Source of the DNA: Meyerozyma guilliermondii
Lineage: Eukaryota
Direction of reading: 5' to 3'
Length of the DNA stretch: 64,000 nucleotides
Assembly (NCBI GenBank): GCA_051546255.1
Contig: CP128816.1
Span: forward strand, 1,426,001 to 1,490,000
The notes under the pieces were generated by a model. It was not told the origin of the DNA, made no database searches, and saw nothing but the letters and a program-made list of their open reading frames with translations. Each line of letters opens with the position of its first letter. The stretch's first letter is position 1. The position numbers were made by a program, and so were the translations under genes. Shown here one piece after another: positions 33,568-45,000 of this stretch.

Positions 33568-35340
33568 CTATATTTTCTTTACATAGCTCGTTGGAAACAT
33601 TCCTCGTTCTCCATTGATTTCTCCTTCAGTCCATCCACTTCCGTCTGTATCGTCCTGGATCACTGCGATACGATCTCCAGCTCGAATACTGATTTCATCA
33701 TCTCCATCAGCTTGGTAGTCGTAAAGAGCTTCGACATATTGAACTCGCTTAGCTCCTCTCTTTGGCGGTACCGATGGACCTTTCTTCTTCCCTCCATCAT
33801 CCAAAATTTCAAGGTATGAAGTAGGTACTAGACCCTGACCACCGCTCAGCTTAACACTCGTCCATCCTGAACCGTCGTCAAACTCCAATATTTCCATCAC
33901 TTCTCCACTCACCATACCGGTCTCGTCATCTCCAGCTGCCTCGTATGGATACAACGCTTTAGCCGTAGGTCCTGAAGACGACATTGAAGACTTGGTTTTG
34001 TTTCTTCGTAAATTGAGGAACCCTGATTTGTCGTGACTTCCTACCGACTTGACCGTGTGGATCGAGGTGACATCGGAACCTCCATTTCCTTGTTGTTTTC
34101 CTCCTTTGAGAAATCCAAACCGAGACTTCTTCTTCTTGGTTTCCTCATAATGAGATAAGTCCTTATCTCCAGCGTAGTTTTGAATCACTTCTATCTCTAC
34201 TTCACTCTTCACTCGCTGGGTATCGTCCTTCATGAATCGCTGAAGAATGCTCAAACTGGTGGAGAATGAGCCATCAAATTTCAACGTTATACTCTCCTGA
34301 TCTTTATGGCGCTGGATAGTGGCTTCCTCTAATTTTTGCTTGGTATCCAACGCCAAAGATTCGTACTTGGAAAACTCAGACGAGCTATGATTCAAGATCC
34401 TTTTCAACTCCGTCAATTCAGGTTCTTTTGTCACTAGACTCTCGTCGTCGTGCCATATATCACTAGGAATAAAGTAGTTATCCTCGGGTTCTTTCCAGTC
34501 AAAACTGTTGTGCTTCACGAACATGGCGGTGTCGAGGGTGGGGTTGTTCTGGTCCACAGTCTTATCTATTAAATGAAGTTTCTCTTTGATTCTATCGTGC
34601 GAGTTGCGTTCAACAATCGATGCGTTCTTGATAAGCTTGTTGAGAATGGCCACCCGGGCCTCGTTGACCTCTTGAAAGTAGTCCAAGAGCTCGGGGAGAT
34701 CCTGGTAATAGTATTTGTCCTTGAGGCGGTTAGCCACATTGATTTTGAGAAGATACTGGTTTTTGGCAATGTTCATATCGACCTCTTTCTCCAGTAATTT
34801 ACGCTGATACTTGTCACTGGACGATTTTTCTGTTTTCTGTCGTACGTTTTCTGTGCTTTGGCATACAGAGTAGTAATTTTTACGAGCCTTCAGAAGCTCT
34901 TCCTCGGTGGATGTCTTTTCGTTGGTCAAGTATTCGTCAATAGATTCAATGTGACGCGAGAGTTTTGCACATTTCCCCTTCAACAGCACCACATTGTCTC
35001 CAATCTTGACGTTTAACTCTCGGTGCAAGGTCAATTTCTCGTCGGCAATGGCTTCCGTTTGCGTCAACACATCGGTCCAAAGAACCATCGACGCACTTTC
35101 CAATGATCCCGGTGTCACTTTTGGTTCTTTTCCCACAGAAAGTTCGGTGGCTATCTTCGATTTCTTCTCAAAGTGCCGCTTACAAAGATCTTTGAGCTTC
35201 GCAGCGTATTCCTTTTCAATGGTGGCTCTTTCCCGGTAGAATTCCTCGACATCCGAAAGCCAATCAATGCCTCCATTGACCCATTTCAACGTTGGTTTGA
35301 ACGAGTCCTTGAGCTCGTCTCCTATCAGGACAGATGCCAT
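33568..35340 (-). CDS. BZZ1: F-BAR + tandem SH3 actin-patch protein
   Basis: FCH motif FYRERATIEKEYA; two SH3 domains (ALYPYEA..GSGW..GLVPTSY; ALYDYQA..GSGWTEG..GMFPTSY). Confidence 0.92.
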   Translation of the reverse strand: MASVLIGDELKDSFKPTLKWVNGGIDWLSDVEEFYRERATIEKEYAAKLKDLCKRHFEKKSKIATELSVGKEPKVTPGSLESASMVLWTDVLTQTEAIADEKLTLHRELNVKIGDNVVLLKGKCAKLSRHIESIDEYLTNEKTSTEEELLKARKNYYSVCQSTENVRQKTEKSSSDKYQRKLLEKEVDMNIAKNQYLLKINVANRLKDKYYYQDLPELLDYFQEVNEARVAILNKLIKNASIVERNSHDRIKEKLHLIDKTVDQNNPTLDTAMFVKHNSFDWKEPEDNYFIPSDIWHDDESLVTKEPELTELKRILNHSSSEFSKYESLALDTKQKLEEATIQRHKDQESITLKFDGSFSTSLSILQRFMKDDTQRVKSEVEIEVIQNYAGDKDLSHYEETKKKKSRFGFLKGGKQQGNGGSDVTSIHTVKSVGSHDKSGFLNLRRNKTKSSMSSSGPTAKALYPYEAAGDDETGMVSGEVMEILEFDDGSGWTSVKLSGGQGLVPTSYLEILDDGGKKKGPSVPPKRGAKRVQYVEALYDYQADGDDEISIRAGDRIAVIQDDTDGSGWTEGEINGERGMFPTSYVKKI

Positions 35341-35755
35341 ATTGGAGAGATTAGGTGAATTAACTCGGCTAAAGCTTGGAAACTTGGTGGATCAAGTTAC
35401 TCCTAAAGTGCGACACCTCGAATGTCGCGAATGTGGGGTGTTCCGCTATACAAGCCAAGTCCGAGTGGAACCGAACGAATCCGCGATTGGATGCCGGGAG
35501 TCTGTTTTGAGAGACACGTAAAGCATAGTTGGGATGGTATAGGTTGTTATATCAAATTCATAAATTTTGAACAATTTGAAAATTTTGAAATTCAATTGAA
35601 ATTTCGTTTGAACTTTGCAAAGTAACTTCAAACTTTTATCCTTTATCACACTTTATCACCTATCACCAACTAAAAGTATCCAATCCATTTCACCTTTCAC
35701 AGAAGCTTACGCCAAACAAATCTCCCTTTCCTTCATTCGTATCCAATTTGCAGCC

Positions 35756-35765
35756 GTCACGTGAC
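35756..35765. promoter_or_regulatory. Perfect palindromic Cbf1-type site GTCACGTGAC in BZZ1/APP1 divergent promoter
   Basis: Exact CDEI/Cbf1 consensus. Confidence 0.55.
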
Positions 35766-36010
35766 ACGACCACTCTCGTTCTCAACTTCTCTTGGTTGCC
35801 GTGCCACCAACTTTATTTAAATTGAGTCGAAAACGCTCCAAACTCGTTAATTTTCTCTCTTCCGTGCTCTTCAGGAAACTAATCCCGCGTACAAACCGCC
35901 ATATCAAGAAACCATCTCGAGTCCGTGCACTAGTCGATTTTTACAAAGAATACGGAGCACTAAAGCGCCGGTATCCCGCCAGGGAAGGTCTCTGGAGACG
36001 AAAGTTTATC

Positions 36011-37813
36011 ATGTCAGAAACCCCCGCGAAGCAGGAGACTCCCCAGAGCCGCCGCCTGCGTTTTTTGGGGTTGGCTCGTGCCACAAGAGACACCTATATT
36101 CCTCGACTTGCCGAGTCCGTCACCCTGTTGACCGGATTATCCAGAGGACCTAACGATGCATTCGATGATTCCGGGCGCCTAATAGTCCCAAAAGATGCCA
36201 CGATTACGCTTTTTCCATCATATACTCGAAAGATAGACGATGAGTACTTGGTTGATGTGAGAGGATGGCTCTGGTGTCCCGGACTTATGACCAGAAAAAA
36301 CCGACTAATACTATCGTTAGCCAAGCAATTGACTCGTTCCAGTAACCCGGCACGCCAGGAGCAGGTGGTGGGTAAACTTGAAGACGAACATCTCTCGCAA
36401 GATGTCTACAATCCTGACGATAGCTCAGAGCTGTCAGTTGAATCGGACCTCACCTCGATTTCTACCACTGACACACGCCGAGATACAACTGCGGAACTAC
36501 AGTCGCTGTCATCGAACTCGTCGTCTGATGGTCTTCTTAAGCAGCGTATGGGTTCATTCATAGCACGGTCTTTGCCCAACATAGAAATTCGCATTATCGT
36601 GGGATCTGAGGAGGTTTACCCTACAGACGTACTAAAACAAGCGCTATTGACCACTGACGTCAATGGTCACTTCGAAACCACCATAAGGGTCAAGTATAAG
36701 CCATCGGTTGTTCAGGTGCAACCGCTCCAGAATGAAACTATTTTCGCAATGCAAGACGTGATGATTTACTCCAGCAATGGCTTGGCAATTATAAGCGATA
36801 TAGACGATACCATCAAGCTTACGGGTGTATGCGGCGACAAGAGAGATCTTATGCGAAAATTGCTCCTTAGTGATATCAATAGTTGGAACATCCCCAACAT
36901 CGTGGCTTGGTATATTGATTTCTACAAGTCCCACAACGTTTCGTTTCATTATGTGTCGAACTCCCCATGGCAGCTCTACTCTGTCATTAACGAGTATTTC
37001 AAAACTGTCAAACTTCCATTGGGCTCCATCCACTTAAAGCAGTATTCAGGTAACATCATCACCAACCTTATGGAACCTTCTTCGTCTCGAAAGAAAAAAT
37101 CTCTCTACAAAATCGTTGAAGATTTCCCAAACAAAAGTTTCATATGCGTTGGAGATTCTGGAGAGCAGGATTTGGAGGCATATGTCGACCTCGCGGTGAA
37201 ATATCCAAAGAATATCAAAGCTATTTTTATTCGTTATGTCACTGATTCACTATCTGATGTTGACGATATGAAAATAATGAAGCGGTTGATGCGCATTCAA
37301 ACAATGGCAGAAGCTCGGGTGAAAAAAGCTAATGCCGATTCTGATGTCAACTTGATTGATCTCGCTTCAAATCCTGCTTCGCCAGAAGAACGAAAAGCCA
37401 AACTTCCCCCAATGGTTCCTAAAAAACCTTCGAATCTTAAGGGCAAGAACTTGACACGGAAACCTCCTCCCGTGACACCGCCCCAACGTGTACATACAGA
37501 TTCTGATCTTTCCGATCTCAAGACCCAAGATATTCCGCCTCCCTTACCTTCACGTTCGGCGACAAATGTGGACGTTGGTAGACCATGGAGTCCTCCCCCA
37601 AAGCTTCTACTGGATCTTCAAACAATATATCATTTTCATGACTTTGAGGAACTTGAAGACATAGATAGTAAGGGCGCTGCATGGATCAGGAGACTCATCA
37701 GCGCAATCTACAGATTGGAAGGTACAGATACCCAGATCAAAATATTTACGGATGAAGACGAAGATTTCTTCAAGACAAGTTTAGAAATAGCTCAAAAACA
37801 AGTCCAGCTGTGA
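36011..37813 (+). CDS. APP1: Actin-patch phosphatidate phosphatase App1
   Basis: DxDxT catalytic motif ISDIDDTIK, FHYVSNSPWQL, CVGDSGEQDLEAY, Pro-rich PxxP tail; ATG at 36011. Confidence 0.9.
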   Translation: MSETPAKQETPQSRRLRFLGLARATRDTYIPRLAESVTLLTGLSRGPNDAFDDSGRLIVPKDATITLFPSYTRKIDDEYLVDVRGWLWCPGLMTRKNRLILSLAKQLTRSSNPARQEQVVGKLEDEHLSQDVYNPDDSSELSVESDLTSISTTDTRRDTTAELQSLSSNSSSDGLLKQRMGSFIARSLPNIEIRIIVGSEEVYPTDVLKQALLTTDVNGHFETTIRVKYKPSVVQVQPLQNETIFAMQDVMIYSSNGLAIISDIDDTIKLTGVCGDKRDLMRKLLLSDINSWNIPNIVAWYIDFYKSHNVSFHYVSNSPWQLYSVINEYFKTVKLPLGSIHLKQYSGNIITNLMEPSSSRKKKSLYKIVEDFPNKSFICVGDSGEQDLEAYVDLAVKYPKNIKAIFIRYVTDSLSDVDDMKIMKRLMRIQTMAEARVKKANADSDVNLIDLASNPASPEERKAKLPPMVPKKPSNLKGKNLTRKPPPVTPPQRVHTDSDLSDLKTQDIPPPLPSRSATNVDVGRPWSPPPKLLLDLQTIYHFHDFEELEDIDSKGAAWIRRLISAIYRLEGTDTQIKIFTDEDEDFFKTSLEIAQKQVQL

Positions 37814-37903
37814 ATTACTTATACAGGTCAGATGAATTCTGACTTTTGGTCCTATATAGACCGTCTGTGACATTGTTATGCCATGCAAATATCTAGTATC
37901 AGC

Positions 37904-38926
37904 CTAGCTAGTTCCATTAATCGAACTTGCGCCATTGACGCCGTGTCCATCACCATAATCTTTAATGTTCGTTTCATCTTCAGGCAAGTTTTTGCGGAAC
38001 TCGGACAAATCCCACTCATCTCCATTATCATTGTCCTCCTCATAGTATTTATCAGCAAACTTCTCCAAGATAATCTCTCTTCCAGTCTTGGGGCGCTTAC
38101 CCAGTTTTTGTTCTTTCAACCTATCGTCCTCACGTTTGGCCTGAATTTTCTTTTTCCATTCTGCAAATGACTCGAGCGTAATCGGCGTAAAGCTGCTCCG
38201 ATCCAATTTGCCCCTCTCCAATTCTATAAACTCTTCGAGTGTGATCTTTGGAGCGGATTCTGATGCTATTTTTTCAAGACGCTTTTGTTCTTTGGTCTTC
38301 AAAACGAATCCTGGTGGTAACGAATGTCTATATTTACATTCATTGCCTCCGTTGGGACACACCCAAAACCATCCATATTTCCCGTTCTCCACTGCATCAA
38401 TGAAGTATTTACATACAATGTCGGTGGTGGTCTTGGGGTTTCCGTGTTTGGACAAAATCACGCTTCTCAACTTAGCTTCGTCCCAATTGTCCATGGTATC
38501 TTGTTCTTTCTCCTCTCTAGCGTCTGTGTACAAATCTTTCTTTGCGTCCTTTCTTCCAATGTTTATGTCGTGTGAGAATTTACATTTGTTTCCCTTATTA
38601 CAGACACCTTTCTTGAAGAATTCACAGAGAATCGATTTCGGATCCACTCCAAAAGGCACTTTCTGTTGGACAATTCCGAACAACGCGGCTGCCTCCTTCT
38701 TAGCTTCTTCAGCTGCCTTTTTCTCCTCGGCTCTTCGCTTGGCTTCGGCCTCCTTCTTACGAGCTAGACCTCCATCGGCACCTGCTTTAACTTGGTCGAT
38801 TTGTGCCTGAACCTTCTTGGACTTGTTTTTATTCTTGAGCCCAAAGGTCTTGTCTTCTGCTGCCTTGGCCTTGGCCTTGGCTCTATTCTTGTCGGATGGC
38901 TGTGGCTGCTTCTTCTTGGGTGGCAT
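37904..38926 (-). CDS. TMA46: Translation machinery-associated protein 46 (ZC3H15/DFRP1)
   Basis: [15 protein letters not shown], two CCCH fingers, [20 protein letters not shown]. Confidence 0.95.
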   Translation of the reverse strand: MPPKKKQPQPSDKNRAKAKAKAAEDKTFGLKNKNKSKKVQAQIDQVKAGADGGLARKKEAEAKRRAEEKKAAEEAKKEAAALFGIVQQKVPFGVDPKSILCEFFKKGVCNKGNKCKFSHDINIGRKDAKKDLYTDAREEKEQDTMDNWDEAKLRSVILSKHGNPKTTTDIVCKYFIDAVENGKYGWFWVCPNGGNECKYRHSLPPGFVLKTKEQKRLEKIASESAPKITLEEFIELERGKLDRSSFTPITLESFAEWKKKIQAKREDDRLKEQKLGKRPKTGREIILEKFADKYYEEDNDNGDEWDLSEFRKNLPEDETNIKDYGDGHGVNGASSINGTS

Positions 38927-39034
38927 ATGTTCCTGTACGGGTGCTCAGTGAAAATTCTTATTGCGATCAAAGAACCGTCACGTGAGAACTAAGCGGTCCA
39001 GGTGCAGGAACATATAGCGATATAACTCCAGTGA

Positions 39035-42000
39035 CTAGGTACTAGTATTTCTCGCCCAATGACCCTTTGCTTGTAAATCAGGGCTATTATTAGGGCTACC
39101 AGGCGACCCTTTTGGTGGTCTCTTGGACCGGATTTTTCCATGAAGAAGTCCTTCGAACTTTTTTTCGTGGCTTGCATTCTCCAGTGCATTAGCCACAGAG
39201 AGTGTTGGCGAAGTTGTAGACGGACTAGTTTTTTCTCGAGAGTAAGGCGAGGACCTGTAATTCGCACCAATCTCAAACGTAGTAGGAGCTGGTACGAGGG
39301 GAGATGTGAAACCTCCTTCGTTTTTGTTCATACTTGGGGTATTGTGTCGGCTACTTCTGAATGGAATGTACGACCGGCGTGCAACGTTACTTGGAGAAGA
39401 AACGTAGTTGGTGTTCCCTATGGAGTCAGCAAGACTTGTTTTGAACGAGGAATTCGATTGGGTTCTTGCTAAGCTTCGGTTGAGAATCACAGATGCCTTA
39501 TTATCATACACCAATGGCACTGAATCCATAGGAGTGATTGGATCGCTGGAGTTACTATGTCCAGTTTCTTGCGATATGTTTCGATTGTGTCTACCGTTGT
39601 CTCTTCTTTTGCTAGCAAATGTCATTGGGTTGGGAATACCGTTGCCATGGCCACCATTTTCTTTGGTGAAGAACGAATCAAAGTCGTCCAAGGCAGCCCA
39701 CACATTGCTTAAAGTTGCATCATGGTCGTCGACATTCACAGAGATCGTGTCGCCGTAGTCTCCAGTGTAATCTTCGCGATGAAATTGAATATCTTCGTCA
39801 TCGAGGGCTTCTGGACCTTCATTTTCGTCGCCAACTGGCGCAACAACACAAGTTGAGAACACAGCGTGAACATTATTTCGGGTCCGGCCGGCCGTGACGG
39901 CGGGCATTGGTACACCCCATCCATTTTCATCGGGGATGCCGAACAAGGTTGCTGTTTTCTCATACTCTTTCTTCAATGTGGAGTTGCCTAAACTCATTCT
40001 TAACATGTCTTTGTCGAGCTGTGATCCAGAAATCACTACTGCCTCGTCAAGAACTTCCAACGCTTGCTCTGCAAAATCAGTAAGCAACAACCGTAACAAC
40101 GGCGAGATGAGGTCTGCACCTACACCGACAAATTCGTCACGTTGGAGATTTACCGCCGGGAGAATTTGAGATAAGAGCCCCATAGTTTCTTGCTTGATCC
40201 ATGGTATCTTGTTTGACAAGAAGCTCAATAATGTCACCAAAGTTTGGGCCTCGAAGTCTGGGAAGAAATCGGTCCTAATCGTGGAAACTGTCTGGGTCAA
40301 AAAATCCTTTTTGGACCGAAATCGGTTTTTGGACATTGAAACCAAGATTCGAGACAATGATGTAAGACTATTTGCGTCGGCCATTTTACTCAAGGTCATC
40401 GCCGAGGTCTCAATGTCGGGAGTGATGTCTTTCAACTCAAGGGCATGAAGATAGCGAGGGAGATTGGCAAGTAATGATAACAACAAGCGTGATTTCCCAG
40501 AGCCAAGAATATCGCTATCATTCAACTTGTTGAGCTTTTCCAAAAATTTGATAGATGGTTCCCAAGAAGTAGACGACCTGAGTCCAACCATGACGACCTG
40601 ATGGAGACCTTCAAATTTCCCTTCCCATTTACGTGGAAATGTCGATATGAGACAAGAGACCGTATCAGGAGCATCAAGATCAATCTTGGAGATGAACTTG
40701 GACATCGTAGAAAGTACTTCAATGAACTCTTGTTCGTGTATCGTACTGAGACATGCAACACTAGACCAGAACAACTGCGGGAAGTCGATCAATTTGGCAG
40801 AGTCAAGTTCAGCAGTAATAGCATTTAAAGTCATGAGAATTTGCAATGCAAATCCCTGAATATCTGCTGTGTCATCGGAGACTGTATTGGAGAGTCTGTG
40901 TAGCATATCGCGCAACATACCCTGATCAAGAAATGAAAACAAGGAACGGAATATCTGAAATGAACGACATGCAATATGGCGAACAGCACATGTAGTTGCC
41001 CAATTTAATGAGACCCTACTCCAGTCATATTGAAGTGTCGGTAAAAGAGGAGTAAATAGGTGGAAAACCTTTCTAACAAGCAAATCCATGTTTTTAGGGG
41101 TCTGAGCACCTCTTTTGTCGTTACTCAAATCGTCGTAGAACCATAAATTCTTTGAATCTTTGTTTCTCAAGCTTCGAATCAAATCTTGACCCTGTTGAAC
41201 TTCGGGAACTAGTGCGTGGATAAGGTGGATCAAGATCGTCGTTGCTTGTTCTTGAACGACTGGAAGATAGTGGTCGAACAACGAGAATGTGACATGGAGC
41301 AAAAGTGGTAAGTGTTCAACCATCTGATCATGGCGATTGACAAATATGTCCCTAAGGAAGATAAACGACAATTGACCCAAGGAAAAGGCAGTGTCTTTCT
41401 CGCTGGAAGGCACAATCTCCCAAAGGTTGGCCTCGTAGGGGAAATGCGTTTCACCTTGGTCGTTTGAAGACTGGCCCTTCATCTGCGTAGGGACCATATT
41501 CCGCGCCTGCAAGTTGGATATGAGTTTCACAATCAAGTGGCTTTGATCTGATTGCGAGAATGCCAAATAGTTAATGACTTGAAGGGCGTACTGAACAAAT
41601 CGGGAGTTTCTTCTCTCTAAACAATTGTTTATCAAGAAATCTACCACCATGTCAAAATGTTCTGGCTTAGCCGCCAACGCTACCCAAAGTGCTTCGACTT
41701 CGTTTGGAATCTTTGAACTGAAATTAACCGTAATTTCGAACAAGTTATTGAGAACCATAGTCGACAGCCCATTGAGTTTCCTCGTGCGTGGTTTCTCTGT
41801 CTGTGTGGAGATAGCTTTCTCGGATTCGTACTCGAGGCTGATGGTCAGCACCCACGGCAACAAGCAAGAGAGTATATCTCTTCTGGAGCTGCTATCAACA
41901 ACGTTAAAGTATCTTGTCAAGTAGCTGATCCTGATGAAGGATCCTGTAGGACCCAGAAGTGCGAGACTTGCTGAGATATCGTACAACGCTTTCTTGTACA

Positions 42001-45000
42001 CCACCTTTGATTTACTGTGCACACTTTCAACGAATTTGTCAACTGAGTGGTTCTGGAAATGTTTGGCCTCAAGGTAGTTTAACAATTCCACTGCAACACT
42101 CCGAACATTATAGCTTTCATTGCCCACCAAGTATGTCGAGAGGCAAAGCACTTCATACGGCTTTTCCTGGTCTTCAGCTATACTACGTTTCATGTAGTTT
42201 TCTGCAAACACAACAAAATAGCATCCAGTAGCTCCAGATCTCTTTTGAGATGTGTAGCATTGGCGAACAACTTCCTGGTATATCTCTTTCACGTGAAAGT
42301 TCTGCGCTAAAAGATTGCTTAACGCAGACTTACCAATGTCGTGCAAGTGTACCTGGTCAGAGCTGAATAACGAATGTATCCATGCCATAACTCCAGGAAT
42401 GTCAAACGACATCACGGCCACCTGGCCAGGCAACTCTATTTCTTGCTTCACTGGACCTGAACAGAGAACTGCCATACAGCTTAAGGAAGCGTGCTGGAAT
42501 GCCTTCTTTTCAATCTCAATAGTAGCAGCAGTGACTTCCTTTTGGTTGGCTTTGTTCACCATGGTTCTGTATCGATCTTCAGCAATATCCTCAAATTCAC
42601 CAACTAGACTCCATTCTTTGAGGTAGTTAAAGCAACCTATTCTCGCTTCGAAGGGAAACCATTGGTCAATATTGGTATTCTTTTGTAATCCAATAAAAGT
42701 ATGTTCCAAGTATATGCAGAAAAAACGACGAAGCTTTTGAAACTCTGCATTAGTTTGAATTGATGGGTCTGAAAGAAATGTTTTGAGATGCTTAATCATG
42801 GCCACGAGATTTTTCACAATCCACTCATCTTTGTAGATTGCCTCAGTAGGTCCTAGACGTTTCGTTAGGTTAGACAAAACATGTATGACCTCAATTCTCA
42901 ATCGATCCTCAGCAGCATCCCTACGTGACGACTGTGTATTCCAGTCATTCAAAGTCTCAGGAATGTTCTCAAGGAACGTTCTGAATGTGTTCACGTTCAC
43001 ACAGCTTAAGCCAGATATCACAGCATCTCGAATGATTGTTCGTTGAGTTTTGAGTAGCGGGAGTACCATTCTAAAGACTGACTTGGCACTGGTTATTTTC
43101 TGATGCTGGATAAAGAGTTGCATCGATTTCTTTCTTCCATGCGTTGGTTGAGATGGGAAGGAGATTTTTTGCTCGTTCGTGGAGGTCAAAGAGCAACACG
43201 CAAATATCAAATAAAGCCTCCATTGAGAGACCAAAACCTCTGGAGGACAATCAGTGCTCTTTGAAAAAAACGAGTTGGTAAATGAGTTATAACTCTCAGA
43301 GAACTCATATACCAACTCATGCATCTGAACAATTCTAATACAGATTATCAGTCTGCACATCGCAACAGGCATGGGACAACGCTCAAAGAAGATTTCCAAC
43401 ATTTTGGGGTATACTCGAAACCACAAAGTGGTGTCAATACCGTGATCAGATTCAGCAAGCTTGATCAATGTGTTGGACTTGTTCTTCCACTTAGCAAGTC
43501 GGGAAGTTTCTGCCAGACTCAATTCATTCTTCATTGGTCGAATCAAGCCGAAGAAGTCTATGTTTTCCATTACATCGATAAGACGAGTTCCGATATCTGC
43601 AGCAAACTTAGAGGCGCTTCGTGAGTGAGATGGTCTCTTAGTAGTCAGACTCACCTCATTCTCGTCCGTGATTTTATAAATAACCTGGTCAAACAGCTCA
43701 ACAAGTTTGAGAATGGAGATTCCATAATGCCTGATTTTCGCATCCAGAGAGCAGATAAAATAAAGAGCATTACCCTCAATCTCTTCAATTGCTGTAATGA
43801 TGTTCTTCCATTCAAAATCGTCATTTGTCCGTTGCGAAGTCTCCGTATTCAAGGGAATATCGTCTGTTTTATAGTTGATTTGGTATAGGTCATTGAGTAC
43901 ATCACGATTCATCATTTCGTCATCTTGTGCCAAAGGATTCTTTTTCTCCTTGGTTTCGGATAAGGTTTCTTTGAATTGTACTAGCCAGCAGTTTAAGAGC
44001 CCCACGTACACCTTGCAAAGTTTGAGGTACTCGTTCGAGTTGAAGTAGTTTGAGCTGTAAGATGGACCAGGTTTTTCGCTGAATTGAAACGCAATTTTAG
44101 CGAAGATCGAGAGAAGTATGTTGGCGTTCTTTTTCGATGCAAGATTATGGAGCGCCTGGACTGACGCCTTGCTAACACGAGGGTTTGAGTGTACTGCATT
44201 TCTTGTTAGCAAGTCAACTATTGCCTTGAATGAAAGGCCCGATGCAGATGGCTTTTCCGACTGCGAGATCATGGTCCACGGAATGGCATCAATGAGAGTT
44301 GCAAAAAGTTCAATATCAACGTCTTGGACTTGTTGGAATGCATTCTCGATCCCGAAATTAAAGGCAGAGAATGGAGACAATGACTTCGACATGTTTCCGG
44401 ATTGCTCTGGTGGTACTATTACACAACCCAACTTTTCGTCTAATGTCTTTAAGAATATACCAAGGGTACGACAAATTTCGTCGTGAGAAGCAGCATTGTT
44501 TGAGTTTCGTGCTTTGAACAAGAAATCGTTAATAGTAACATTTTTCTTGCGAGATTGTTCTTCCTTTCCCTTCGGAGCATTTTGCTTTGTATTAACACTG
44601 AAATCCTCAACCAATATTCTGGAGCTGAACACCTTATCAGTAGGAAATACGGGCTTGTTCCCCATTTCATGGTCTTCGACTATCAATAGGTAACTTTTGA
44701 GGACAAAAAGCAGTCTTTCCGATCCCAACGAGGGTGATTTCAATAATTTCAAGAGAACATTATCAAGCACAAAGTTCAAATGCTGATAACCAACAATTCT
44801 GATCAACTGTACAAGGGCATTGATCAAGTAGTAGTCCGATGTGAGCCAATGCTGCTTCTTGTTATAGTTCGAGGAATTAAAGAAAAGTATATCGAATAAG
44901 CTCTCCAATCGCTTGACTGTATTGTTCAACGATTCTGGCAATCTATAGAGATATACCCATATCAAGCGAGCAATGCAAATGATAAAGGTTGCTTTTTCTT

